Positions 8,391-17,423 of a DNA stretch of 39,084 nt are shown here, piece by piece; position 1 is the stretch's first letter; the number at the start of each line of letters is the position of its first letter. Under the pieces are notes generated by a model, which did not search any database, was not told where the DNA came from, and worked only from the letters and a program-made list of their open reading frames with translations. The position numbers and the translations under genes are program-made. Origin of the DNA: Candidatus Vogelbacteria bacterium (lineage in GTDB: Bacteria; Patescibacteriota; Minisyncoccia; Phycocordibacterales; JACOZG01). Location of the stretch: contig JACOZG010000001.1 of NCBI GenBank assembly GCA_016181465.1, positions 1-39,084 on the forward strand, written 5' to 3'.

Positions 8391-9749
8391 TCAGAAACCG
8401 CCGAAGTCGCCTTTTTCAATACTCGTGAAGCAGACCCGTTTGTCGTCGAAATAAAGTTCAATCGAGCCAGTCGGGCCGTTCCGATGCTTTTCAATCATGA
8501 TTTCGGCGATATTTTTTTTGTCCGAGTCCTCATTATACTTATCCTCGCGGTGAATAAACATCACCACATCGGCGTCTTGCTCGATTGAGCCGGAATCCCG
8601 AAGGTCGGCCAGTCGCGGCCGGCCGCCGCGTTGTTCCACTTGCCGATTTAGTTGGGATAAGGCCAAAACCGGAATATCGAGTTCGCGGGCCAGGGCTTTC
8701 AACGAACGGGAGATCTCGGTGACCTGCTGGACTAACGAATCATTCTCTCGTCTTGGCGCCATCAGCTGCAAGTAATCAACAATGACGAGTCCCAGGTCGT
8801 GCTCGCTTTTCAACCGGCGGGCCACCGACTTCATCTTGGTGATATTGTTAGACGCGTCGTCGTCAATGAAAATCGGCGCTTTGGCCAGCACATCGAGCGC
8901 GTCACGGATTCTGGCAAATTCGTCATCCGCCGCCAGCCGGCCGGTGCGCAATTTCCACGAGTCCACATGGCTCTCGGCGGCGATCAGCCGATCCACGAGC
9001 TGTTGCGAGCTCATCTCCAGCGAAAAAATGCACACTGGCACATTCCGTTTGGCCACTTGTCGGGCAATATCCAGAGCCAGAGAGGTTTTACCCATTGACG
9101 GCCGGGCCGCGAGAATCACGAGATCAGAGCGCTGGAGTCCGGAAAGGCGATCATCCAATGTTTTGAAACCGGTGGCGAGACCGCGGATGCCTTCGCCGGA
9201 TTTGTGCAAACGTTCAAATCGTTCCCAGGCATCAACCAGTGTGTCTTTAATAGAAGTAAAAGTTTTTTTGGAAAAATTGACCAGGCCAAAAATCGTTTTC
9301 TCCGCTTTGTCAAAGATTGAGTCAATCTCTTCTTCTTCGCGGTAGCCAAGTTCGGACAAGCGCTCGGCCGAATCAATCAGCCGGCGTAATTGAGCTTTCT
9401 TGCGGACAATCTCGCCGTAATATTTTAAATTGCCGGCTGAAGGCACAACATTGACAAGTTCCACTAGATAGCTGGAGCCGCCGACGGCCTCGAGTTGTTT
9501 GGTTTCGCTTAAAGCCGAGGTTAAGGAGACTAGATCAATCGGTTCATTTTTATCAAAAAGTTTCAGCATCGCGCGGTAGATCCGGCGGTGGCGCTCGGAA
9601 TAAAAGTCGTCTGGCGCGATGACGGTGATCAGTTCGTTCAAGCCGCTCGGTTTGATCATAATCGAACCCAAGAGAGCCTGCTCGGCCGTCAGATCCTGCG
9701 GCGGCATGCGCAAAGTCGGCTTTACAAATGGGGCGTCAGTGGTAACCAT
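8391..9749 (-). CDS. dnaB: Replicative DNA helicase
   Basis: ARPSMGKT, FSLEMS, VDYLQL, LSQLNR and DLRDSGSIEQDAD. Confidence 0.98.
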   Translation of the reverse strand: MVTTDAPFVKPTLRMPPQDLTAEQALLGSIMIKPSGLNELITVIAPDDFYSERHRRIYRAMLKLFDKNEPIDLVSLTSALSETKQLEAVGGSSYLVELVNVVPSAGNLKYYGEIVRKKAQLRRLIDSAERLSELGYREEEEIDSIFDKAEKTIFGLVNFSKKTFTSIKDTLVDAWERFERLHKSGEGIRGLATGFKTLDDRLSGLQRSDLVILAARPSMGKTSLALDIARQVAKRNVPVCIFSLEMSSQQLVDRLIAAESHVDSWKLRTGRLAADDEFARIRDALDVLAKAPIFIDDDASNNITKMKSVARRLKSEHDLGLVIVDYLQLMAPRRENDSLVQQVTEISRSLKALARELDIPVLALSQLNRQVEQRGGRPRLADLRDSGSIEQDADVVMFIHREDKYNEDSDKKNIAEIMIEKHRNGPTGSIELYFDDKRVCFTSIEKGDFGGF

Positions 9750-9811
9750 AAGCCAATTGTAAATTGAAAATTGCTAAATTGGAAATTGCCCCCAGTGGAT
9801 GAGCAGGGGAT

Positions 9812-9838
9812 AAAGAAAGGGCCCGCCGGCGCGGGCCC
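9812..9838 (-). terminator. Intrinsic terminator
   Basis: GGGCCCGC/GCGGGCCC stem followed by TTTCTTT on the minus strand. Confidence 0.75.
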
Positions 9839-9863
9839 TCGAAGTGAGCGGGGGAGAAACAAA

Positions 9864-10274
9864 TCAGGTAAACAAGACACGATCGCTGACTTTTTTCAGA
9901 AAAGTGTCCGGCAACCTGATTCGCACTTCTTTTAAAGCTTTATAATCATCCTCGCCGCACCCTCGGAATCCACCATTGTGCACCCAGAAATGAGCAAGTA
10001 GTTCCAGGGTGATTTGGTACGTCTCCGGCTCTGTGTCGTTGACCTCGATCGCCTTGATTGAAATGACCTTTACATCGCCGCCGCCCGGACTGCCACTCCT
10101 AAGAAAGGGGCCGGAAGTCAATCCCTTCGGAGTAAAGTCAACCTTCACCCCATCAAAATCATTGCCCTCCAATCTGGGAAGATCCCCAAGACGCAAGTAG
10201 GCCTCGCGGCTGTGGACCAAATCCAGAACTTGCCTTAAGCCCTCGCCCGACACGCCGTCATACTTTACAATCAC
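9864..10274 (-). CDS. Orphan hypothetical protein (136 aa)
   Basis: AAGGAGG precedes GTG 10274. Has a promoter-like TTGCAA..TGCTATTAT upstream and a terminator downstream. Confidence 0.65.
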   Translation of the reverse strand: MIVKYDGVSGEGLRQVLDLVHSREAYLRLGDLPRLEGNDFDGVKVDFTPKGLTSGPFLRSGSPGGGDVKVISIKAIEVNDTEPETYQITLELLAHFWVHNGGFRGCGEDDYKALKEVRIRLPDTFLKKVSDRVLFT

Positions 10275-10410
10275 CAGGCACCTCCTTCGTTTTGCCCCGC
10301 CTCTGGTGGGGCTGTTCACCGAACGCGACGCGGGAACATCCCAACGTCAACCGAAATCATAATAGCACAAGGGCAAAATTATTGCAAGTTTTAATTCCAA
10401 ACCAAATTTA

Positions 10411-10431
10411 TATCAAGGTTCAACCTTGATA
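10411..10431. repeat. Short palindrome TATCAAGGTTCAACCTTGATA (REP-like)
   Basis: 10-bp arms around one central base; related to 8326-8340. Confidence 0.65.
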
Positions 10432-10511
10432 ATTCTGAAAAGTGTAAGGTTAAAAATGCCAAGTGTAAAACACATCAGTGGATTAGGGGTGAATAAAAAG
10501 TCGTTTGTTGG

Positions 10512-11813
10512 TTAGATGGTTTCAAGCAGAGGACCAGTTTCAGTGTCTTTAATCTTATAACCGACTTTTTGTATTTCTTGGCGCAAGGCATCGGCCCGCG
10601 GCCAATCCTGTTTTTGTCTGGCAATTTCTCGCTCGGCCGCCAGTTGTCTGACGGCTTCGGGGATGTCGGTTGGCTTGGCCGCGGCGGCCAAATCAAGTCC
10701 TAGCACCCGGTCAAAATCAAGCAGGGTCGCCAGTTTATCGCGCCGCTTTTCTTTATTATCCTTAGTCATAGCCCAAACCGTAGCCAGGGCCTGCGGCAGA
10801 TTCAAATCATCTTCCAACGCCCGATTGAAAGCGTGCTGGTATTTGGCAATGATTTTTCCGGTCCCACTGGCCCCGGCCCAGTCGCGCGCGAAATTCTGCA
10901 ATCGGGCGTAAGCCTTGGCCGCGGCCGCGAGCGCTTCCCAAGTGAAATTGAGCCAAGTTCGGTAATGAACCGTCAGCAGAAAATAGCGATAGGCAAGTGG
11001 ACTGATTTCTTGGGTCATCAAATCAGCCAGCCGCACAACATTGCCCAAAGACTTGGCCATTTTCTGATCGGCGATATTGACGAAAGCCGAGTGTAGCCAG
11101 TACCGCGCCAGAGGTTTACCGGTCAGGGTTTCGGACTGGGCATTTTCATTCTCATGGTGGGGGAAAATTAAATCGGTGCCGCCGAGATGAAGATCAATTT
11201 GCTCGCCCAGCGCGGCGGCGATCATGGCCGAACACTCAATATGCCAACCCGGCCGGCCGCGGCCGAACGATGCGTCCCAGACCGCCTCGCCGTCATCAGG
11301 TTTGTAAAATTTCCACAGAGCAAAATCGCCTTCCGTATCTGGCGTTTGGAATTGACCATAACCTGGAAAACTGGCGATTTTAAAGTAAATTCCATCTTCA
11401 GTCGCGTAAGCCGCGCCGCGCGCCAGCAGTTTTTCAATCAAGACGATCATCTGACCGATAAATTCTGTCGCCCGCGGCAAGGCCGCCGGCCGGCGGATAT
11501 TTAAGGCCGCGAGATCATCGAGAAAAGCCGTTTCGTAACGGGCGGTGAAATTGAGGAGTGTCTCGCCGGCCGCCCGCGCGCCGGCAATCGTTTTATCGTC
11601 AACATCGGTGATATTGATCACTTGGCGAACCGAAAAACCCGACCGTTCCAGCGTCCGCCGGACAAGATCGCTGGTCACAAAAGTCCGTAAATTGCCGAGG
11701 TGCGGTTCGTCGTAAACCGTCGGCCCGCAGGCATAAAACGAGACGGCGGCTGGCAATAAGGGTTTGAAAACTTCTTTTCGCCGCGTCAGAGTGTTGAAGA
11801 AAGTTAGAGCCAT
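10512..11813 (-). CDS. cysS: Cysteine--tRNA ligase
   Basis: YACGPTVYD.PHLGN, DFALWK, GRPGWHIECSAM, FPHHENE and KMAKSLGN. Confidence 0.97.
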   Translation of the reverse strand: MALTFFNTLTRRKEVFKPLLPAAVSFYACGPTVYDEPHLGNLRTFVTSDLVRRTLERSGFSVRQVINITDVDDKTIAGARAAGETLLNFTARYETAFLDDLAALNIRRPAALPRATEFIGQMIVLIEKLLARGAAYATEDGIYFKIASFPGYGQFQTPDTEGDFALWKFYKPDDGEAVWDASFGRGRPGWHIECSAMIAAALGEQIDLHLGGTDLIFPHHENENAQSETLTGKPLARYWLHSAFVNIADQKMAKSLGNVVRLADLMTQEISPLAYRYFLLTVHYRTWLNFTWEALAAAAKAYARLQNFARDWAGASGTGKIIAKYQHAFNRALEDDLNLPQALATVWAMTKDNKEKRRDKLATLLDFDRVLGLDLAAAAKPTDIPEAVRQLAAEREIARQKQDWPRADALRQEIQKVGYKIKDTETGPLLETI

Positions 11814-12727
11814 CGGCGGGAACGAGCCCAAGCTAACATCACAGCCATGATCAAAATCATGAGGCCGAGCACCGTCAAGTAGTCACGCGCCGGTCCGACG
11901 AACGGCAGATTAGTGTTCATGCCGAAGAACTGCACCACGATCGTGATCGGCAAAAAAATAAACGCCAGCACCGTGAGGAGCTTAATCGTTTCGTTTGTTT
12001 TGATGGACAGCAAGGACTCGTTGGTCTGTCGCAGATCAAGAAAGGTATCGCGATTGTTCTCAAGCATATTCCAGAGTTTCTCGTACTCGCCGGCAATGGC
12101 CGCAAGATAATACTTGAACTGATCGCCAAAGAATTCGCGGCCGGCGGCGAGCAGGGAATCGAGCGTGGGCCGGTGAGTTTTGAGCGCCCAGCGAAAATCA
12201 AGCAGGTTGCGATTGATGGCGGAAAGCGATTGGACCATTGCTTTTTGCTCATCGGCGAAGACTTGTCGCTCGGCCTGTTTCAGCGCGCCGTTGATGTAAT
12301 CTAATCCGACCGCGAGGGAATTATAAAGATGCTTGGTCAGAAAATAAAAAAGGTGGCCGGCGTTAACCTGATCGCGATTACCGGCCAAACGGGAGGCCGT
12401 AAAAGTTTTCAAGAATTCATCCAGCGCCTCAATCGGTTGGTAATGGACGGTCACCAGATAATGCCGGCCGATGATAAAATCAATTTCCTCGGCCTCGTAA
12501 CCCGGAGGAGATTTTTGGCCGTAACAAAGACCGCAGGCGGGAAAATGCAAAATCAGATAGATGAAATCGGTGTACAGATCAACTTTGGAACGAGCAGAGG
12601 GCGCCGTCAATTCAGCCGCCGCCAGCGGATGAATCTGGTAGTCGCCGGCGATTTGTTTGATTTCTTCCTCGGTCGGCCGCTCGAGATCAATCCAGACTAA
12701 ACCGTTATAGTCTTGCTTCCGCATCAT
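11804..12727 (-). CDS. corA: CorA family Mg2+/divalent cation transporter
   Basis: WIDLERPT, two C-terminal TM helices and the FFGMN signature. Confidence 0.92.
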   Translation of the reverse strand: MMRKQDYNGLVWIDLERPTEEEIKQIAGDYQIHPLAAAELTAPSARSKVDLYTDFIYLILHFPACGLCYGQKSPPGYEAEEIDFIIGRHYLVTVHYQPIEALDEFLKTFTASRLAGNRDQVNAGHLFYFLTKHLYNSLAVGLDYINGALKQAERQVFADEQKAMVQSLSAINRNLLDFRWALKTHRPTLDSLLAAGREFFGDQFKYYLAAIAGEYEKLWNMLENNRDTFLDLRQTNESLLSIKTNETIKLLTVLAFIFLPITIVVQFFGMNTNLPFVGPARDYLTVLGLMILIMAVMLAWARSRRWL

Positions 12728-12757
12728 ATTATTTATTATACTAATGAATAAACTTTG

Positions 12758-13987
12758 ATGCAAAAGATTTTTTACCGTTTGGGTTTAGCGCTGGTCATTG
12801 CCGCCGTTCTGGCGGGCACTTTTATCACCGGCGTATTTCTCGGTTATGCCGACCGTCCGGCGGTCAAACAAATCACCGCGCTGGCCAATCAAGAAACCGG
12901 CGAGCCAAAAGCGCTTGACTTCAGTCCGTTTTGGCGGGCCTGGCAGATTATTGATGAGAAGTATGTGGATAACGGTCCGGCTTCAAGCACGGATAACGAA
13001 ACCAAATTGCAAAAACGGGTCTGGGGCGCGATCGCCGGTATGGTCGACGCGCTCGGCGATCCCTACACCGTTTTCCTGCCGCCGGCGGAGAAGAAGAATT
13101 TTGAGGAAAATGTGAACGGCCAGTTCGGCGGCGTGGGGATTGAAATTGATTTACGCAATAAGATTTTAACCGTGGTTTCGGCTCTGCCCGAGACGCCGGC
13201 CCGGGCCGCCGGTATTCGGCCTAAAGATTTAATTATCAAAATTGGCGAGCAGAGCGCCGCCAATATGAGTTTGGAGGAAGCCGTCAGTTTGATCCGCGGC
13301 GAGATCGGCACCATCGTCAAATTGACTGTCGCCAGAGAGGGAGAGAAAGAACCGCTGGAGTTTAACCTGCGCCGCGCCAATATTATGATTCCCACGATCG
13401 AGGCTGAATTAAAAGACGGCGTTTTTATCATCAGACTTTTCAGTTTCAGCGGCCAGGCCTCGGCTGGTTTCCGAAACGGTTTGCGCGAGTTTGTGACCGC
13501 CGGAACGAACAAAATGATTCTTGATTTGCGCGGCAATCCCGGCGGCCTGCTTGAGGCCGCCGTGGATCTAGCTAGTTGGTTTTTGCCGGTCGGAGAACCG
13601 GTGGTGATTGAACGCGGCCGGGTCGGCGAGACCGAAAAGATTCACCGCAGTTACGGCTACGACATTTTCACCGACGAATTGAAATTGGCGATTCTGGTGG
13701 ATGGCGGTAGCGCCTCGGCGGCCGAGATCTTGGCCGGCGCTCTCGCCGAATACGGCCGAGCCGTCCTGGTGGGGGAGAAAACTTTCGGCAAGGGTTCGGT
13801 GCAGGAATTGGTCAATGTGACAGACGACAGCTCGCTTAAAATCACCGTGGCCAAATGGTACACGCCAAAAGGAGTGAGTATCTCGGATAACGGACTGACG
13901 CCGCAAGTGATCGTCGAACGCGGTAAAGACGACACTGAAGAAAACGACACCCAGCTCGCCAAAGCGATTGAAATTCTAAAACAATGA
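12758..13987 (+). CDS. S41 C-terminal processing protease with PDZ domain
   Basis: LGDPYT, FGGVGI, LDLRGNPGG, SASAAEI and TFGKGSVQ. Confidence 0.95.
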   Translation: MQKIFYRLGLALVIAAVLAGTFITGVFLGYADRPAVKQITALANQETGEPKALDFSPFWRAWQIIDEKYVDNGPASSTDNETKLQKRVWGAIAGMVDALGDPYTVFLPPAEKKNFEENVNGQFGGVGIEIDLRNKILTVVSALPETPARAAGIRPKDLIIKIGEQSAANMSLEEAVSLIRGEIGTIVKLTVAREGEKEPLEFNLRRANIMIPTIEAELKDGVFIIRLFSFSGQASAGFRNGLREFVTAGTNKMILDLRGNPGGLLEAAVDLASWFLPVGEPVVIERGRVGETEKIHRSYGYDIFTDELKLAILVDGGSASAAEILAGALAEYGRAVLVGEKTFGKGSVQELVNVTDDSSLKITVAKWYTPKGVSISDNGLTPQVIVERGKDDTEENDTQLAKAIEILKQ

Positions 13988-14006
13988 ATATAGAACAAAG
14001 TCAAGA

Positions 14007-14034
14007 TTGACGAAAGTCAGGGGTTGGATATACT
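14007..14034 (+). promoter_or_regulatory. Sigma70-like promoter
   Basis: TTGACG-16 bp-TATACT. Confidence 0.6.
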
Positions 14035-14222
14035 GATTTGGTCTTTTCACAAATTGAACACGTGCGCGCCGCAGGACGCAAAATTCCTGTTTCCAATGTA
14101 CTTGTACTCCGTACTTGGTACGACGTACTTGTCCAAGTCCAAAGTCCGGGACCCAAGTGATAATTTAATTTATCAGGCGGGTCTCTTTTTTTATTGAGTT
14201 CGATGTTCGATATCGAAAAAAC

Positions 14223-14270
14223 AAAAATCTAACCAACTATTTCCGATCGTGAGAAGATGGTTAGATTTTT
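14223..14270. repeat. Palindromic element with CGATCG core (solo copy)
   Basis: AAAAATCTAACCA-ACTATTTC-CGATCG-TGAGAAGA-TGGTTAGATTTTT, homologous to the copies at 21098 and 21750. Confidence 0.9.
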
Positions 14271-14345
14271 TTGTTCATATCATTCATATAGAATAATGAT
14301 TTTGTCAAGTAGGCGGGGACGGGGGAATGAGATAAGATTTAAGCC

Positions 14346-14792
14346 ATGAAAATTGTGCTTCTGGATGATGTCGCCAAGGTAGGAAAACGATTTGAAATCA
14401 AGAATGTCGCTTCTGGCTACGCCAGGAATTTTCTTATTCCTAAGGGCTCGGCCGCGCTGGCCAATCCGGCAATCCTCAAACGGGTTGAGTTGATGAAACA
14501 TAAATATGAGGTCGAACTAAACAAGCGCCGGGCCGAAGCCAGCCAAGTCATCAATCAATTAGCTGATTCAATCATTGTCATCGAGGCCAAAGCTAACGAG
14601 CAGGGCCATCTTTTTGAAGGCCTTGATCGCGCCGCCATTGCCGCGGCCGTCAAACGCGAGACTAAACTTGATCTGAACCCGGAGTGGCTCCAGCTGGAGC
14701 GGCCGCTCAAGGCGATCGGCGATTATGATTTGGCCATTGCCCAGGGCGACAGCCAAAGCCGAATCAAGGTTAGAGTACAGACACTTCTTTAG
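14346..14792 (+). CDS. rplI: 50S ribosomal protein L9
   Basis: [11 protein letters not shown]....[18 protein letters not shown] and LKAIG. Confidence 0.95.
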   Translation: MKIVLLDDVAKVGKRFEIKNVASGYARNFLIPKGSAALANPAILKRVELMKHKYEVELNKRRAEASQVINQLADSIIVIEAKANEQGHLFEGLDRAAIAAAVKRETKLDLNPEWLQLERPLKAIGDYDLAIAQGDSQSRIKVRVQTLL

Positions 14793-15042
14793 CTATCCGC
14801 ACCTTGGAATTATAAAGCAGTTTCCGGCGATCACGGAACTGAACGCGGCCGGACTTCAGGGCGAAAATGGTATGGTCAAGTCCGAGGCCGACATTCTGGC
14901 CGGCCAAGTATTGGGTTCCGCGCTGGCGCACGATGATGGACCCGGCCCTAGCCAATTCGCCATGCGCCAATTTAACCCCCAGAAACTTCGGCTGGGAGTC
15001 GCGTAAATTTTTAGCCGTGCCGCCGGCTTTTCGATGAGCCAT
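14770..15042 (-). CDS. rpmA: 50S ribosomal protein L27
   Basis: [22 protein letters not shown] and DHTIFA. Confidence 0.97.
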   Translation of the reverse strand: MAHRKAGGTAKNLRDSQPKFLGVKLAHGELARAGSIIVRQRGTQYLAGQNVGLGLDHTIFALKSGRVQFRDRRKLLYNSKVRIAKEVSVL

Positions 15043-15044
15043 AT

Positions 15045-15410
15045 ATGGATAGTATAAAAAATCGTTGGGATAAAATCAAGCCCTGGCTAGGACCAGTCAA
15101 TTTTTTGCTTTTAGCGGTTTTAAGTTTTGGCCTTGGCCGTTTGACAAAAATAGACGAGTCGAGAGAGCCAGTCAGAATCGAATCAGCCGGCCTCGCGGCC
15201 CAAGTCGCCGGGTCAGAACCGCCGGAAATTAAAACCGATAGACAATCGGGACAATTGGTCGGCTCAAAAAACGGGGGCAAGTACCATTACCCCTGGTGCG
15301 CCGGCGCGGCGCGAATTAAAGAAGAAAATAAAATCTGGTTTCAGGACACCGAAGAAGCCAAGCGGGCAGGGTATACCCCGGCCGCCAATTGCCCGGGCCT
15401 CGCCCAATAA
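15045..15410 (+). CDS. Membrane-anchored protein with Ada-type metal-binding-like domain
   Basis: N-terminal TM helix, then [25 protein letters not shown]....A..AGY.PAANC. Confidence 0.8.
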   Translation: MDSIKNRWDKIKPWLGPVNFLLLAVLSFGLGRLTKIDESREPVRIESAGLAAQVAGSEPPEIKTDRQSGQLVGSKNGGKYHYPWCAGAARIKEENKIWFQDTEEAKRAGYTPAANCPGLAQ

Positions 15411-15449
15411 ACAATGTCGCACATTATATCTTTGACGACTAAGTTAGGC

Positions 15450-15911
15450 CTAAACGGCCCGACTCCAACATTCTCGGCTCCAGACCCAGGGCGCTCGGCC
15501 GTAAGCGCTCATCAACCAGATAGCATATTCAACATTGCCAGCGGCGGTATAGATATCGAACCCAAGCTCGCGACTCTTCTCCAAATGGTACTGCTCGTTG
15601 ATCTGGAAGACGCCGACATCATGCCGGTTACGTTCGCCGCGCAGAACCTCGCCGGTCTTCTTGTCATATTGCCGGAAACGACTTTCGCAGCGCGCGATCG
15701 CCAAAGCCAATCGCGAGTTAATTCCGTATTCGCGGCTTTTTAATTCAATCAATTCCGGCGCCGTTGGTTCTGGCGCGTTGTCAAACACTAGGATATCGGC
15801 CTCGGTTGGCGCGAGGGCGATAACTTTAATCGTCAATTGGTTATTGTCGTCTCGGGCGGCTATAGTCGGAGCGGAGGTTACAGCCGTCGAAGTCAGTTGA
15901 GCCGCGGCCAA
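15450..15911 (-). CDS. Lytic transglycosylase (SLT/lysozyme-like), start uncertain
   Basis: IARCESRF (catalytic Glu), DVGVFQIN, GNVEYA and PWVWS..CW. Confidence 0.8.
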   Translation of the reverse strand: MAAAQLTSTAVTSAPTIAARDDNNQLTIKVIALAPTEADILVFDNAPEPTAPELIELKSREYGINSRLALAIARCESRFRQYDKKTGEVLRGERNRHDVGVFQINEQYHLEKSRELGFDIYTAAGNVEYAIWLMSAYGRAPWVWSRECWSRAV

Positions 15912-16012
15912 AAGACCGGCGACGCCGATTCGAGTTAAGGTATAAATGGTAGAAAAAACTAGGCAATTTCTTACCTAGTTTGTCAAATTCACTTAATAAT
16001 TAAGGACCAGCC

Positions 16013-16156
16013 CTATCTTAGCATACTGTCTAACGATTGTCGAATGGTGCCCCACCATTCCCCGACCAGCGCCCGCAGGTCAATTTTATAGTAAGTGAGA
16101 ACTGCGACAATGATGATAACCAGTAAAAGAGTTTTGATGAATCCTCGCTGCGTCAT
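16013..16156 (-). CDS. Small membrane protein (47 aa) with prepilin-like N-terminus
   Basis: MTQRG-FIKTLLLVIIIVAVL; the ATG follows the M23 gene stop directly. Confidence 0.65.
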   Translation of the reverse strand: MTQRGFIKTLLLVIIIVAVLTYYKIDLRALVGEWWGTIRQSLDSMLR

Positions 16157-16157
16157 G

Positions 16158-17423
16158 TTATAAGTATAACATCGGGTCAAGATAAGCCCCAGGGTCGGCC
16201 AAGGGCAGAATGACCTTGGCGCCGGCGCAGGAGCGAAAAGCATATTCATCAATCCGGAGACCCTGCGTGGCGTAAACTGTCAGATGCAGATGAGGGCCAG
16301 TGGAATAGCCGGTCTGACCGCTGTAGCCGATAATTTCCCCGACCGACACCGTCTGGCCCTTGGCGACCTTAATGAGCGATAGATGGGCATACAGAGTGCT
16401 TAGGCCGTTGCCGTGATCAATCAAGACCCATTTGCCGTAGGAAGCGCCGCGGCAAACGAGATCGGTGTCTCCGGTGCCGAGGACGATGCCGGCTTCGGCG
16501 GCCATAACCGGCGTGCCGACGGCGGCCCTCAAATCAATGCCATTGTGCGATCCAGAAACATAAAGCCGCTTGGCGTCGACGGTTTGACCGAAATTCTGGG
16601 TGATGAAAATGTTCGTGAGCGGCCATTTAAGCACGCCTCGACCGGCCACCGGCAATTTGCCGAGATCAATGGTAATCCGCAATTGAGATTCAAGCTGGAA
16701 CAATTCTTGTTCAAAGTCCTCTTTACGCGCCACGGTTTCGGCTAAAAGTTTTTTATAATTCGTTTCTTTATTCTTGGTTTGATTAAGCAAACGGTCTTTC
16801 TCGGTCTGATTATCCTTGGCAATTTGACGCTGATCAGCCAGACGCTCCTTGAGGCCAGCCAGCCGAGCGCGTTCTGTCTCTGTCGCTGTTTTCGTGGCTT
16901 CCAGATCTGTTTTGAGCTCAACCACTGCGTCAATATCTTGTTTGAGTTGGCGATCAAAGGCGGCGAACGCGCTTAACTCGGTCCAAGCATCAGACAAACG
17001 ATCATAGCTAAGCACGAGCTCAAACAGTGATTGGTTCTGAAGTTTCCGCCATTGCCGCAAACTTTCGGCCACGGCCGCGCGGCGACGTTTAAGCGTCAAG
17101 TCTTTATCGCTGATCGCCAGCGTCAATTCCTCAATGGTTAGGTCAGTTTTGCCGATTTGCTGTTCGGTTAACTTAATATCGGACGCCAGTTTCTGACGGG
17201 TCAGTTCAAGCCGCGCGATCTCGTTTTGCAAATTTTTACTCGTTTTGGCGACGGCTCGCAGTTCTTGCTGGTAAGCCTCAATTTGAGTTTCCAGTTTTTT
17301 GATTTCGACATTGTGATCGTTGATTCGACTGCGGATTTCTTCCACGGTCGCGGCCCGAGCGCTCGCCGCGACGAGAACCATGACGCCGACCGCCAACACC
17401 CGTTTAAGCCAAACTTGCCGCAT
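16158..17423 (-). CDS. M23 family peptidoglycan endopeptidase with coiled-coil N-terminus
   Basis: Signal peptide, long coiled coil, HNGID, LYAHLS and STGPHLH. Confidence 0.93.
   Translation of the reverse strand: MRQVWLKRVLAVGVMVLVAASARAATVEEIRSRINDHNVEIKKLETQIEAYQQELRAVAKTSKNLQNEIARLELTRQKLASDIKLTEQQIGKTDLTIEELTLAISDKDLTLKRRRAAVAESLRQWRKLQNQSLFELVLSYDRLSDAWTELSAFAAFDRQLKQDIDAVVELKTDLEATKTATETERARLAGLKERLADQRQIAKDNQTEKDRLLNQTKNKETNYKKLLAETVARKEDFEQELFQLESQLRITIDLGKLPVAGRGVLKWPLTNIFITQNFGQTVDAKRLYVSGSHNGIDLRAAVGTPVMAAEAGIVLGTGDTDLVCRGASYGKWVLIDHGNGLSTLYAHLSLIKVAKGQTVSVGEIIGYSGQTGYSTGPHLHLTVYATQGLRIDEYAFRSCAGAKVILPLADPGAYLDPMLYL

Noticed and set aside
8391-9749. Intein in dnaB
   Set aside because: Normal length, contiguous motifs.
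9758-9788. Degenerate AAATTG repeats upstream of dnaB
   Set aside because: Short AT-rich microrepeat with no evidence of function.
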